The notes below the pieces were generated by a model, which ran no database searches, was not told where the DNA came from, and worked only from the letters and a program-made list of their open reading frames with translations. Both the position numbers and the translations under genes were made by a program. Positions 20,880 to 32,299 of a stretch of DNA of 64,000 nt are shown here, one piece after another (position 1 is the first letter of the stretch; the number at the start of each line of letters is the position of its first letter). This stretch comes from an uncultured Methanosarcinaceae archaeon. GTDB lineage: Archaea > Halobacteriota > Methanosarcinia > Methanosarcinales > Methanosarcinaceae. Location of the stretch: positions 352,001 through 416,000 of the forward strand of contig CAWJYV010000008.1 in assembly GCA_963847185.1 (NCBI GenBank), given 5' to 3'.

Positions 20880-21340
20880 CTCGCAAGCTCCTCTTCAATA
20901 ATCTTTTCCAAATCGGAAGTCTTAAGCCTGCATTTCTCTTTGCTCTTTTCTTTTACAGATTCCTTTGCTTCCAGTTCATCAAGTGCAGCTCCTATGGCAG
21001 GGAGCATCTCTACTTCTTCCCTCAAGAAATGGAATCCAGGCCTTGGGCCACCCCCTCTGCTTGCCCGGCACCGTCTACTATCTCCTGCAGGAAATCCTCT
21101 ATCTTTCACAAAAATGTGGTTTTTATCCATCTGTCGGATTTTTTCGGTCACTGTCAGAATATCCTCCTTTGGTCCTGTAACAATGAGTCCAAAGCAGGTT
21201 TCCTTTACTGTGATCGGAAACTCTGATTCATAAATTTTCATGGCTGCATCTGAAGGTAGCACTTTATCCGAACTGATCACAATGTATTTTGTAATCTCTT
21301 CTTTTTTCGTTTCAGTCATCTTTTGTCTCTCCTTGGTCAT
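20876..21340 (-). CDS. Methanogenesis marker protein 6
   Basis: KETCFG, RGFPAGDSRRCRA..GGPRPGFH. Confidence 0.92.
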   Translation of the reverse strand: MTKERQKMTETKKEEITKYIVISSDKVLPSDAAMKIYESEFPITVKETCFGLIVTGPKEDILTVTEKIRQMDKNHIFVKDRGFPAGDSRRCRASRGGGPRPGFHFLREEVEMLPAIGAALDELEAKESVKEKSKEKCRLKTSDLEKIIEEELAR

Positions 21341-21523
21341 GGGAGACTTGTCCTGCTAAACCCTTATATGTGAATCCTTCAAGGATCTGGATCACATATA
21401 GGGCAATTGCATTTACAAATTAGTTGATTTTCTTTAGTCTGTTTTTTATCTGGTATTAATGCTATAATTTACCAGTTTTTAATTTACCTGTAGCCAATAC
21501 TTATTGCTGCTACTTCCCAGTTA

Positions 21524-21574
<51 letters not shown>

Positions 21575-21643
21575 TAGAGTACTCAGTGTATATGTCTCAT
21601 GAATTATATGATACTAAAGTTAGTTGTCTGTGATCTTGAAGTT

Positions 21644-23209
21644 TTACTTTTCGGTTTCCCTGAGTTCACTCACGTATATTGCATCTCCTTTCTTGATGCC
21701 TTTGAGTTTCTCAGGATTGATTATCCTGCCGATAATATTGGTTGATGAGAATTTTTCTCCAGTTGGGCCGAACATGTCGTCATCTTCAAGTTTGACTCCT
21801 ATGGTCCCCATCCTTTTTGCCGCTTGATTTGTAATTCCTATTTCCCCGCCATGTACTTTTTCAGTAGGGGTGTTTTCGGGAAGGATTTCTTTATACTTCA
21901 CTACATCCTTTTCAGTTTTGAAGAGATAAGTATCTTCATAGGTCATACTGACAGGCAATTTTCCAACATTTTTTGTCTTAAGTTCAAGAGCGTGGCGGAA
22001 AAAGTCCACAGATTTAGGGGCCCTTTCAGGATAAAGTTCAATTTCGATAAGTTTTGCTCTGGATACTGCATACGCAGTCACTTTTGCTTCCCCAAGGATT
22101 TCCATTGTTGTTGGGGGATCCTGTTTGACAATTACTGAATCTTCTCCAGTGTACCCGCCTCTTACAAGTTCTATTCCTATGGTAGAAAGTACAGGTTCTA
22201 CTTCTTCAAAGCTGTGTCCAAGAAGAATTAGCTGTGGAGGAAGACTTTCGACTGAGAGCTTCTGCCCCTTTTCTGCGAGTTTGACAAGTTCAAGACCCTT
22301 TGTTACCTTTCCTACAACAGAATGCACAAGACTTGAAGGTCGTTCTTCTTTGGAAATATAGGTCCTGCCTGTCCCGTACCCGACTGTCCTAATTGAAATA
22401 GCTCCTTCACTTCTCGGCTCGAAATTTTCGTAAGGAACAGTTTCTCCTTTCAGATTGTCATCCGAGATATATGAGCTAGTAATCATATCTACAGTAAGTG
22501 TACCTTCACGGGTCAGAGCATAGAATTGTTCTGCTCCTTTTGGGGCATTTCTGGAAAGTTCCACTTCAAAATAAGTAAATATGCTATTTCCGTCTTCAAG
22601 AAGAGTAGAAAGGTCAGATGTGCAGGTTTTTTCTGATATTTGTTCCCATTCTATTATAGGCTCAATGTTCAGAATTGTATCCTCTTTCGAAAGTTTATAA
22701 AGGATTTTTCTTCCGGTCACAACTGTTGCAAAAACACCATCTTCAGGAGTCCCATACTCTGCAGAATGTCTTTTTCTTGAAAAGATCAGATGAGTATTAC
22801 GGGAATCAAAACCTCCAGCTCCAAAGAGGACATCTAAAGCTTCAAAGCTGCTGATCTCACGCGAGGGCTTAAATTCGGCTTCAAAAGGCCCGAAAGCAAG
22901 AGCTTCTGAGCCTGTCCAGTGAACAGGTTTTCCTTCATACTCTTTAAACTGCTCAGCCCATAATTTTCCTGAGGGTGATTCAGGATTTTTAATTTCTATC
23001 CTGAGTTCCCCTTTAGGAGTATTGATAGCGTATTCGGTGATTATTTCCGTTCTCTTCTCATCAGCGGTCTCTTTCAGAATCCCGATCGCTGTACCTGCTA
23101 TATAGGGGGTTCTGGAAACTTTAAGGGCATCCCCTAGGGTAGAGCCTGCAGGTAAAGTGTATTTCTGCCCGTTCACCTCTACGCTGATCTCATTACTCGT
23201 AATCGGCAC
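21644..23209 (-). CDS. Methanogenesis marker protein 3
   Basis: 521 aa, APKSVDFFR, PENTP, GPTGEKFSSTNIIG; cluster context. Confidence 0.9.
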   Translation of the reverse strand: MPITSNEISVEVNGQKYTLPAGSTLGDALKVSRTPYIAGTAIGILKETADEKRTEIITEYAINTPKGELRIEIKNPESPSGKLWAEQFKEYEGKPVHWTGSEALAFGPFEAEFKPSREISSFEALDVLFGAGGFDSRNTHLIFSRKRHSAEYGTPEDGVFATVVTGRKILYKLSKEDTILNIEPIIEWEQISEKTCTSDLSTLLEDGNSIFTYFEVELSRNAPKGAEQFYALTREGTLTVDMITSSYISDDNLKGETVPYENFEPRSEGAISIRTVGYGTGRTYISKEERPSSLVHSVVGKVTKGLELVKLAEKGQKLSVESLPPQLILLGHSFEEVEPVLSTIGIELVRGGYTGEDSVIVKQDPPTTMEILGEAKVTAYAVSRAKLIEIELYPERAPKSVDFFRHALELKTKNVGKLPVSMTYEDTYLFKTEKDVVKYKEILPENTPTEKVHGGEIGITNQAAKRMGTIGVKLEDDDMFGPTGEKFSSTNIIGRIINPEKLKGIKKGDAIYVSELRETEK

Positions 23210-23249
23210 CTCATTTTAGTATTTTCTATACTAAGAGGTGGCAGCATAT

Positions 23250-24863
23250 TTATATTTCTTCTGCAGCTTGGAGCTTTTCTTCTTCAGTTAGCTGGGAGAG
23301 CACGTTCTCCGGTATCCCTATTGCTACAATCTTCCCATCACGCATAAGTGCTACACGGTCGCAGATCTGGTGTACAAAATCCATGTCATGAGAGACTATT
23401 ACAAAAGTTTCCCCTATCTCTTCTCTGGCTTTGAGGATAGAATTTGCCACGGATGCTTTGGTTATCGGGTCCATTGTCCCTGTAGGTTCATCCATTATGA
23501 CAATTCTGGGTTCCTTAATGAGGACCTGTGCAAGTGCAATTCTATGCCGTTCCCCTTCACTCATTTCATCGGTCTTTTTGGGTAAAATAGCTTTTGCCTT
23601 ATTTTCTTCAAAACCTGCAGCTTTGAGAGTTATTACAGCTTTCCGTACACCAAGTTCGAAAGGCAAATCAAGGCTGATAGATTCGGTGAGGTTATCTATT
23701 ACAGAACTTTGGGTATAGAGTCCATATTCCTGATGCAGAAATCCCATGTATTTTGTTGCTCTTCCTTTGTTTTCCACACCCAGCTTTGTCATATCAACCC
23801 AGTCATCTCCCACTCGAACTTCAACTTCTCCGGAAGTTGGGGGTAAAATTCCTATAAGAATCTTTGAGGTTGTAGTCTTGCCTGCTCCGCTAACTCCAAC
23901 AAGTCCGAAGATCTCTCCTTCTCTTACTTCAAAAGAAATATTATCCACAGCTCTTACCACACCGCGATCTACTGAGATATAACGTTTTGAAAGATCCTTT
24001 ACTCGGATTATGGGTTCTCCGACCATAGAGCACTTTTCTTGCTTTGTCATGCATACATTCTGCATAAAGATTGCAGAAACTTCAAGTGGATCCCCTTCCT
24101 GAACTACTTCTCCGTTTTCAAGCAGGATCGCCTTGTCTGCCATATTCTCAATGACTTCAGGCCAGTGAGAGGTAAGGATCATACTCATGTTGTAGTTCCT
24201 CACCGCGTTAAGCATAGCATCATGAACGAGCTTTGCAGTTAGAGGATCAAGTGTACCTGTAGGTTCGTCAGCTAATAGGAGTAAGGGATTTCTTACAAGC
24301 TGTCTGGCAAGAACAACTCTCTGCTTTTCTCCGCCTGATAGCTCTCTTGCAACATGCATCATGCGGTGGCTCAGATTTACTTCTTCCAACAGTTCAACCG
24401 CTTTTCTCATGGAGTCTTCTCCCTTGTATCCTATTTCGTTCAGGGAGTTTATTACATTCACAAGAACCCTTTCGTCTCCATAGAGGGCAAAGGTACGCTG
24501 GAGCATGATTGCAATTTTTTTGGTGATATCTTTTCTTATGGGATCATACAGGGAAAGTTTTACAAAATCTGCTTCAAATGCTTCGAGTGTTTCTCCACAG
24601 ACCGGGCATTTCTGGCCTACCTTGCTGGGGCGTTCTACATATCCGCATTTCTCACAGCGGGCAAGATGGTAAATTACTTCCCCTGAGATGTTTTCAAAAG
24701 ATTCAGTCCCACGCAACACATGCATCAGGATTGTTTTTCCCGATCCGCTTTTTCCCAGAATTCCGACTATTTCCCCTTCGTTGATACTTAAGCTTACGTT
24801 TTTCAGCGCCTTAAAACCGTCGAAATCTACGGTTAGATTCTTGACTTCAATAAATACTGGCAT
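23250..24863 (-). CDS. atwA: Methyl-coenzyme M reductase system component A2
   Basis: Two ABC domains (GKSGSGKT, GVSGAGKT), CxxC..CxxC insert, no TM segments. Confidence 0.95.
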   Translation of the reverse strand: MPVFIEVKNLTVDFDGFKALKNVSLSINEGEIVGILGKSGSGKTILMHVLRGTESFENISGEVIYHLARCEKCGYVERPSKVGQKCPVCGETLEAFEADFVKLSLYDPIRKDITKKIAIMLQRTFALYGDERVLVNVINSLNEIGYKGEDSMRKAVELLEEVNLSHRMMHVARELSGGEKQRVVLARQLVRNPLLLLADEPTGTLDPLTAKLVHDAMLNAVRNYNMSMILTSHWPEVIENMADKAILLENGEVVQEGDPLEVSAIFMQNVCMTKQEKCSMVGEPIIRVKDLSKRYISVDRGVVRAVDNISFEVREGEIFGLVGVSGAGKTTTSKILIGILPPTSGEVEVRVGDDWVDMTKLGVENKGRATKYMGFLHQEYGLYTQSSVIDNLTESISLDLPFELGVRKAVITLKAAGFEENKAKAILPKKTDEMSEGERHRIALAQVLIKEPRIVIMDEPTGTMDPITKASVANSILKAREEIGETFVIVSHDMDFVHQICDRVALMRDGKIVAIGIPENVLSQLTEEEKLQAAEEI

Positions 24864-25105
24864 GAATTTTCCTCCGCACTTATGAGTTGCAAATAACTCT
24901 TTCTGATGACTCTTCCTTGCCTGCCTGGGTATATTGTTTAAAGTGAAAAGCAATTTATCAAATGATCTTAACATAATCAATTAATTTCACACATTTGGGC
25001 AACAACTACATAAGAGTAAACATTACATAAATATAACGCATTATTTTTTCACTGTTAACATCTAAAATCAAGATCAAAGGGTTATTTCTGCCGGATTCTT
25101 GCTTA

Positions 25106-25906
25106 TTACAACCCTTTTATCACATCCACAACTTTTATTATGTCATCAAGCACCACATTTGCTGCTTTTCGGAGTTCTTCTGGCCTTTTATCTCCCTGCT
25201 GCGTTGTCATTATTCCCACATCTGCTGCCCTGAAAGCTAGGATATCGTTAATTCCATCCCCTACCATAACTACTTTTTCATATCTGCTTTTTAGTTCAAG
25301 CACAACCTTCTCTTTCATAAAGGGATCTGCAAAGGCGAAGACTCTTTCTTGAGGGATATTTATTAACTCTGCAAGCTGCAGGAGGGCTGACATTCTATCT
25401 CCTGATGCTATGTAGATATCCACTTCCATCGCATGGAGCAACTGGATGGTTTGTAGGGTCTTACCGAATACATGTCCTCCAGTGCTGAGGACATAGGGTA
25501 TTCTTCTTGCTTTTGAGTCTACTATCAGACCTGCCGCAAGATAAATGCTATCAGGACAACGAGATGTAACTGCTCCGAGCACATCATGCACGTCCCCCAT
25601 CTGTATGTAAGTCCCCCTTATGATCTCACATGCAATATCAGGGGTGAAATATCCTTTTGAACAGCTTATTCCTATTGAAACTCTATACTCATCTATAAAC
25701 TCCAATAGAGACATATCCCTTCTTGAGTGAAGAATTATCTCTTTTTCGGTATTCAGAGCAACAAGCCCGCAACCTTCCTTTTTTGAGACAATTGCAGTGC
25801 TCTCTATATTTTCGAGGATGTTTCCTGTACTGGCTTCTTTTGCAACCCTGTACATGCGGAGAAGAGTTCCTGCACTGTCAAAGACCACTGCGATTCTTTT
25901 GGACAT
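25106..25906 (-). CDS. HAD-family hydrolase (soluble P-type ATPase-like)
   Basis: FDSAGTL, ASGD, MVGDGIND. Confidence 0.88.
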   Translation of the reverse strand: MSKRIAVVFDSAGTLLRMYRVAKEASTGNILENIESTAIVSKKEGCGLVALNTEKEIILHSRRDMSLLEFIDEYRVSIGISCSKGYFTPDIACEIIRGTYIQMGDVHDVLGAVTSRCPDSIYLAAGLIVDSKARRIPYVLSTGGHVFGKTLQTIQLLHAMEVDIYIASGDRMSALLQLAELINIPQERVFAFADPFMKEKVVLELKSRYEKVVMVGDGINDILAFRAADVGIMTTQQGDKRPEELRKAANVVLDDIIKVVDVIKGL

Positions 25907-26024
25907 GTAAAATGATTAATCTGTAAAATAAAAAATCTTTGCAAAAATCAAAAACAACACTTAAATTCAATTTTATAAAAATAAATAATCAGGGAGAATT
26001 CAAATTTCACTCTACATTATTGAT

Positions 26025-26921
26025 TTACAGTATTGATGCCCCTGAAAGCAGGACACCAATAAAAAATCCAAGGATTACTCCGGAGTTCAGAAAGGGGAGC
26101 CCTGCTTGTGGTTTTCCTCTCATTACAAGGATAGAAAGTACTGCGTGTCCTGCAAGGGTACCGAGCATTGCCCCGAGCACGGGAAGTGAGATCCCTCCAT
26201 TACTTTGCATGAAGACATTTGCCGAAACTACGAGCAGGGTAGGCATAACGGCATCTCCAAGGCCCATAAAAAAAGCTTCCCTTTTTTCTCCTTCTTTGAA
26301 ACTTTCCTTTATAAATGAATAATCGGAGTGCTTTGGAATAACAAAGAGAATGGGAAGTTTCAAATCCATTATTCCTTCGGCCATGTCTATCATATGCTTT
26401 GTTTTGTATACCGATATAGCGTCATAGATTGCAAGGAGTAACAGAAGAATTATCACAGGGATAACTGCAAGGGAAATCCCTATCAGGGCACTGACTCCTC
26501 CTGCAATACAAATCCCAACAATGTCAATCACGTACCATTCTGGGTATTTGTAAAGCAGGACCGTTATACCCGTTGATATCAAAACTGATAAAATATTTTC
26601 AAATCCTGAAAGAGATGGAATAAGGGTGAACAGGGCATAGAATACGTAATATAAAGTACTTATTATGGCCAAATATATGGAGAGACTGATAACCCATTTA
26701 ATATTCTTTTTTATTGCTATCAGAACAAATACAGTGAAAGCAAGGATCATTATTATATAATATATAGAGTTGTATACCTGGGTAGGATCCTCAAAAGCTT
26801 GCATGTCATTGACTTCCATGGGGGCCGATAGAAATAATGCAAGAATTTGCACTATGAGGATCAATCCTCCCATGCAAAGAATTGGTAAATAATCTTTAAT
26901 TGATTGTTCGCTGGAACTCAA
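26025..26921 (-). CDS. Presenilin-family intramembrane aspartyl protease (PSH)
   Basis: YDAISV and GLGD catalytic motifs, AGLPFLN, multiple TMs. Confidence 0.93.
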   Translation of the reverse strand: MSSSEQSIKDYLPILCMGGLILIVQILALFLSAPMEVNDMQAFEDPTQVYNSIYYIIMILAFTVFVLIAIKKNIKWVISLSIYLAIISTLYYVFYALFTLIPSLSGFENILSVLISTGITVLLYKYPEWYVIDIVGICIAGGVSALIGISLAVIPVIILLLLLAIYDAISVYKTKHMIDMAEGIMDLKLPILFVIPKHSDYSFIKESFKEGEKREAFFMGLGDAVMPTLLVVSANVFMQSNGGISLPVLGAMLGTLAGHAVLSILVMRGKPQAGLPFLNSGVILGFFIGVLLSGASIL

Positions 26922-27384
26922 GTGCTAAACTCCTTAATTCTTAACAGTATGCCTTTTTTATTCCTTTATATTCCTTTTATATTTACTGCCTTGTTTGTCT
27001 TCGGTATTCCTCGACTTATCCGTATATCGCTCTGTTTATTTATAATTCCATCTATTGATTAATATTTTTCAATTCTCCATACCCTTCTTCTCAAGGGGAT
27101 CTTTCACTGAAATCTTACTTTATTACCATATTCTTTATGGGTTACTTGTGCTTACAGAAAACTGAAGTAAGAAATGAGTGATGCATAAAGGATACATAAA
27201 TAGTTTGTGCAAAATGTTATATAGTATCTTTGTGTAAAAAAATAAACAAAAATGGAAAATATAGTAGAAATAGAAAAGCAGTAAATACTTTCATGAAAGT
27301 ATCTCCACTTAATAATTTTGAAACAAGCTATATCATAAAAATTGTGGTATCTGCAGAGAATTCACAATATATTAGAGGTATACA

Positions 27385-27720
27385 ATGGAGACTAAAGATA
27401 CAGTATTTCTTGTTGTGATGGTTCTATCATCCTTCCTTTTATCCTTCGAATGGCTTAAAAGGTTTACATACAGGCCTGCAAATCCTTTCATTGACCCCTT
27501 AATTATTCTTTCGGTTATGATCCTGGTCGGAACCTTGTCTGTCATGCTCATTTCTATTAATAACAAACTTCAGGAGTTTGAAGATAAAATGGAAGCAAAG
27601 GATCGTACTCTCAAGGTCAACATTGAGAGTATGGGGACAAAAATCGAAGAAAGGATGAATGAGCTCTCAACTAAAGTTGATAATGCTGTCTATGAATTCA
27701 ACCGCAGAAAGTACCATTAA
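27385..27720 (+). CDS. Hypothetical membrane protein (2 TM plus coiled coil)
   Basis: GAGGT RBS; hydrophobic N-half, heptad-like C-half. Confidence 0.75.
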   Translation: METKDTVFLVVMVLSSFLLSFEWLKRFTYRPANPFIDPLIILSVMILVGTLSVMLISINNKLQEFEDKMEAKDRTLKVNIESMGTKIEERMNELSTKVDNAVYEFNRRKYH

Positions 27721-28286
27721 ATTTTACTCATAATCCCATTTTTTCGATCTGCTTTTCAATTTGCCTTTTTAGTCTGCTTTTTGTTCATTTTTTAATCTTA
27801 TTTTTCTATGACAAGCAGAATTTTAATATTCTATTTATAAATGAGGTACTTTTTGAAAATCCAAATTTTTCTAACAATTCAGTATAATATTTGATTTTTA
27901 AGTATATATTAAGCTAGAAGCATACCTTCTATTATATATGAATATCTTCTATACACAGATTTAATTAAAAGAAAAAGACTGTTACTTATTTTTTATAAAG
28001 AAACTCTAATCTCACAAGATTTTGAATGGCTGTTTATTCCCTACTATCTTAGGTTTGATAGCAATATATGTTAATTTTTTCTATTTGATTCTTACTCAAT
28101 TAAAGCATTTCAAGAACAGGATCTACAGCCTCGAAAAGTATATATATTGGCTATTATGTAGTACAAAGGAATATCTGAAATCAAATTCAATGTAAATATA
28201 ATGGATCAGATATTTCCTATCGTAAATTATTATTACCCGGAGTTAATTTGATTACTTGTGTAAGCAGGTAAAGAAGGAAAGCTGAT

Positions 28287-28589
28287 ATGCACCTTAATCT
28301 AGAACCGATTGGCATTATTAAAAAGGTTGCAAATAGGTCGGAAATTTTGATTTATTCTGATTTTGAACAGGTCATACGAAATATTGTTTCCAAAATAGGA
28401 GAAGGGGCTGAAATGGGCCAAAAACTCCTGGTTGTTCACAAAAACAACAGTAAGAAACAAGTGGATGGTCATCAGGTTCAGGTCACAAAAGCGACACTAT
28501 TGGAAAGAAAAGGCAATTTGCTGACAATATCTAAAATTGAGGCAAATGAAGATTCAGTAATTGATGTCCGTCTTGATACTACTGCCTGA
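28287..28589 (+). CDS. Hypothetical protein, degenerate TrmO/YaeB-like beta-barrel
   Basis: LEPIG..SEILI..LLERKGNLLTI..VIDVR pattern. Confidence 0.7.
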   Translation: MHLNLEPIGIIKKVANRSEILIYSDFEQVIRNIVSKIGEGAEMGQKLLVVHKNNSKKQVDGHQVQVTKATLLERKGNLLTISKIEANEDSVIDVRLDTTA

Positions 28590-28800
28590 TTCTCCTAGTT
28601 CTGCAAAAACAGATAAAGGTTTGTTTGGTCCGTTTCTTTTCTTTCCCCCACTGATACTTGATCTGGTCTTCGGGAGGGGCAAATTGGATATTCATTACGA
28701 AACCGAATAGTTTCATTCCTGTTTTTCCGGCAAGTTGTTATTCTATATTTGTAATAATCTTCGAGCTTTTTATGACTTTTTATGAATTACAGTGAAGCTT

Positions 28801-29954
28801 GGTACCTCATTTGTATTTAGTTGATATTATATAGTAGGAAAGATATCATATTCCCCTAATGGGAAAAAGAGGAGCAAAGCCAAAGTTCACTGACGTTTCT
28901 TGTCCTAATCCGGATTGTAAACTTTATGGTGCTACTGGAAAAGAAAACATCATAGGCAATGGTACCTATCAAATCAAGAATAAGCGAGTTCGAAAATATA
29001 TCTGCCGCGAATGCGGCAGAGTATTCAATGATCGAACAGGTACTTTTTTTGAGAATGTTCGCAAAGATGAATCTGACATTAAACTAGCCCTTAAAATGGC
29101 TATTAAAGGAATGTCAATACAAGCTATTTCTGATGTATTGGAAGTTCAACCTGCCACAGTAAGTAACTGGTTGTTTCGCGCAGCGAAACAATGTGAGAAG
29201 GTAAATGAAGACTTGATGAAGGATCTTAATATTTCCAAAGTTGAGATGGATGAACTATGGGTAATAATTGAAAAAAAGTTGCTCCAAGAATAGAAGTTGA
29301 AGATGATGGAGCATGGATGTGGGTGAGCTTTGCACCTGAGTCCAGATTAATAATTGATTTTGTACTGGGACCAAGAAAACAGTATGTGGCAGACGAATTT
29401 GTAAATATTACAGATAAACATCTTTCAACTTTAAAACCTCTTTTTGTTACAGATGGATTAAAATTCTATGCTGAAGCTCTTTTGAAAAAATATGGTGATT
29501 TGGTAGAGTTTTCTAAAACTGGAAAGAGGGGAAGACCCAGAAAACCAGCAATAGTACCTAATGAAAATCTGAAATATGCTCAGGTTATCAAAAACAAACT
29601 GGGAAAGAAGCTTCAGAAAATTGAAAAAAGAGTAATCTTTGGTCAAAATATAGATCAAAGTGAAATTTCAACAAGTTTGCTTGAAAGACAAAATCTAACA
29701 TTTAGACAGGATAACAATAGAGTTTCAAGGAAGACAATAGGGTTTTCAAAGAAAATTGAGGGATTGTACAACCAAATGAGACTTTATTGCACTCATTTTA
29801 ACTTTTGTAGAGACCATAGAGGATTAAAAAAAGAAAGAAAATGGAGTTTTGGGAAAGAAAACACCAGCAGAAAAATATGGGATTACTAAAAATAAATGGA
29901 CATTAACAGATTTGTTAAATTATAGGAATAGAAAAATATCAACTAATTAATGAG
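28801..29954 (+). mobile_element. IS1-family element, probably defective
   Basis: InsA-like CPNPDC/CRECG+HTH (28859-29293), A7G slip site near 29271, InsB-like DE/TDG/ERQN (to about 29950); IRs ACCTCATT..TTAGTTGATATT; GTGAAGCTT duplicated at 28792-28800 and 29955-29963. Confidence 0.9.
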
Positions 29955-30138
29955 GTGAAGCTTCGGTAAGTATGAATTTGGTACTTATAACACCTATATT
30001 TATAATACAGGTTGGGGTAAAGTACCTCTTAAACATTCATGCCCGGAACAATTAAATGGGCTAATAGTGAAAATAAACTAAAGGTAAGGATTTAGGACAA
30101 AGTTTCTAGGACAAAGTTTCAGATATTTGAGGGTAAAC

Positions 30139-31155
30139 ATGGGTACAGACATAGGTATTCTCCTCCAGAAGAGAAAAGTTGAGCTACCGGATCTTGCAAA
30201 CCAGGTGATTGCTATTGATGCTTTTAATACACTTCACCAGTTTTTGAGCATTATCCGCCAGCGGGACGGGAGTCCTCTGGTCGATTCCGGAGGAAGAGTT
30301 ACTTCCCATCTCTCAGGCCTGCTCTATAGAACCGCGAGCCTTGTTGAAGTAGGAATCAAGCCTATTTTTGTTTTTGACGGCACGCCTCCTGAATTGAAAT
30401 CTCAGACTCTGGACAAAAGGAGAGAAATAAGGGAATCTGCACTTGAAAAATGGGAAAATGCAAAGGTTGAGGGAAATCTTGAGGCTGCTTATAAGTATGC
30501 TCAGGCTTCTTCTAAGGTAAATCCGGAGATTGTTGAAGACTCCAAATACCTTCTAAGTATTATGGGAATCCCTTTTATTCAGGCTCCATGCGAGGGAGAA
30601 GCGCAGGCTGCACATATGGTTCTTAAAAAAGATGCCGACTGTGTTGCTACTCAGGACTATGATTCTTTTCTTTTCGGAGCCAGAACAGTTGTCCGGAATC
30701 TAGCTGTCACAGGAAAACGAAAGCTTCCGGGAAAGAGTGCGTATGTCGACGTTGAACCTGAAATCATTGAACTGGAAGAATCCTTGAATTCTCTCGGCAT
30801 CAACAGGGAACAACTTATCGATATTGCAATATGCGTGGGCACGGATTATAATAAAGGCCTGGAGAAAGTTGGCCCTAAAACAGCTCTTAAACTTATCAAA
30901 AAGCATGGGGATATCTATAGCTTGCTCCGGGAAAAAGGTGTAATAATCGAAGCAGTGGAACAGATAAGAGAATTTTTTATCCGTCCTGATGTAACAGACG
31001 ACTATGAAATCAAATGGGGAAAACCTGATTCAGAAAAGCTTATCGAATTCCTTTCCGAGAAGCATGATTTCTCTGTTGACAGGGTGGAAAAAGCTGCAGA
31101 ACGCCTTAAAGCCGCTTCAGGTGCCAGACAGAAGACTCTTGATCAGTGGTTTTAA
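30139..31155 (+). CDS. fen: Flap endonuclease 1
   Basis: [24 protein letters not shown]-terminal PIP box QKTLDQWF. Confidence 0.97.
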   Translation: MGTDIGILLQKRKVELPDLANQVIAIDAFNTLHQFLSIIRQRDGSPLVDSGGRVTSHLSGLLYRTASLVEVGIKPIFVFDGTPPELKSQTLDKRREIRESALEKWENAKVEGNLEAAYKYAQASSKVNPEIVEDSKYLLSIMGIPFIQAPCEGEAQAAHMVLKKDADCVATQDYDSFLFGARTVVRNLAVTGKRKLPGKSAYVDVEPEIIELEESLNSLGINREQLIDIAICVGTDYNKGLEKVGPKTALKLIKKHGDIYSLLREKGVIIEAVEQIREFFIRPDVTDDYEIKWGKPDSEKLIEFLSEKHDFSVDRVEKAAERLKAASGARQKTLDQWF

Positions 31156-31269
31156 CGGAACCTTCTATAATCGAGTTTTCTTTTATAACAGTATTTTTAA
31201 TCAAATTTTCCTTTTCCTTTCACATTTTTCTTATACAAATTCCCCCTTTAAGTATACAGGCAAGGAGGT

Positions 31270-32277
31270 TTGAGACTGAAAAAAGCAGGTCCAAACTTTT
31301 CTCAAAAAGAATTCCCTCATGCTCGTTTTCACGGAATCGTGGATCCTGAATTTTTCTCAACGTCCAGAGGACTCTATGCGGTCAAGTGGTCTTTCATCGG
31401 ATTGATAATTACAGCTTTTTTTCAAATTTATATTGTCTTGGTTTCAGGAAGTGTAGCCCTTCTTGCTGATACAATACATAATTTAGGGGATGCAGCAACC
31501 TCAATTCCTCTGGGTTTTGCCTTTCTTCTCTCCAGAAAAAAACCTAACGATCGCTTTACCTACGGTTACGGCAGAGCTGAAGACCTTGCAGGTTTGTTAA
31601 TTGTCTTTTTAATATTTCTCAGTGCGATTGTTGCTACCTATGAATCAATTTCCAGGCTTCTTAATCCGCAACCCGTAAAGTTTCTTGGATCTGTAATCTC
31701 AGCTTCTATTGTCGGCTTTCTGGGAAATGAACTGGTTGCAAGGTTTAGAATTAAAATAGGAGCAGAGATAGGTAGTGCTGCTCTTGTCGCTGACGGTTAC
31801 CATGCAAGGGCTGATGGCTTTACAAGTCTTGCAGTACTTTTCGGAGCACTTGGTGTCTGGTCCGGATACCCAATTGCGGATCCTCTCATAGGACTTTTTA
31901 TTACAATTGCAATCTTGCGAACTGTCTGGAAAGCAGGAAAATCCGTATTTTCCCGAATTCTTGACGGAGTAGAGCCTGGAGTTGTTGATGAAGTGCGGCA
32001 GGTCGTCAAAAGGGTAGAAAAGGTGAATGACGTGACTGAAGTAAGGGTTCGCTGGTTAGGGCACAGGCTTTATGCGGAAGTGAACATTGCAGTAAACCCC
32101 GAGCTTTCTGTAAAAGAAGGTCATGAAATTGCAGTAGAAGTGCGGCACAGGATGCTGCATGGGCTAGGTTATCTCTCAAATGCAGTTGTGCATGTTGACC
32201 CTTTAGGTTCATCTGGAGAAGTTTTTCATCGACTTTTGGAATCTGAACATGATAGTCTACATTCTCACTCCCACTAA
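31270..32277 (+). CDS. Cation diffusion facilitator family transporter
   Basis: ADTIHNLGD, ADGYHARAD, His-rich C-terminus. Confidence 0.92.
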   Translation: MRLKKAGPNFSQKEFPHARFHGIVDPEFFSTSRGLYAVKWSFIGLIITAFFQIYIVLVSGSVALLADTIHNLGDAATSIPLGFAFLLSRKKPNDRFTYGYGRAEDLAGLLIVFLIFLSAIVATYESISRLLNPQPVKFLGSVISASIVGFLGNELVARFRIKIGAEIGSAALVADGYHARADGFTSLAVLFGALGVWSGYPIADPLIGLFITIAILRTVWKAGKSVFSRILDGVEPGVVDEVRQVVKRVEKVNDVTEVRVRWLGHRLYAEVNIAVNPELSVKEGHEIAVEVRHRMLHGLGYLSNAVVHVDPLGSSGEVFHRLLESEHDSLHSHSH

Positions 32278-32299
32278 ATTTCAATATAAATTTTCAAGT

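Noticed and set aside
20044-21233. Long plus-strand ORFs across mmp15/5/6
   Set aside because: Antisense to well-supported marker genes and without motifs
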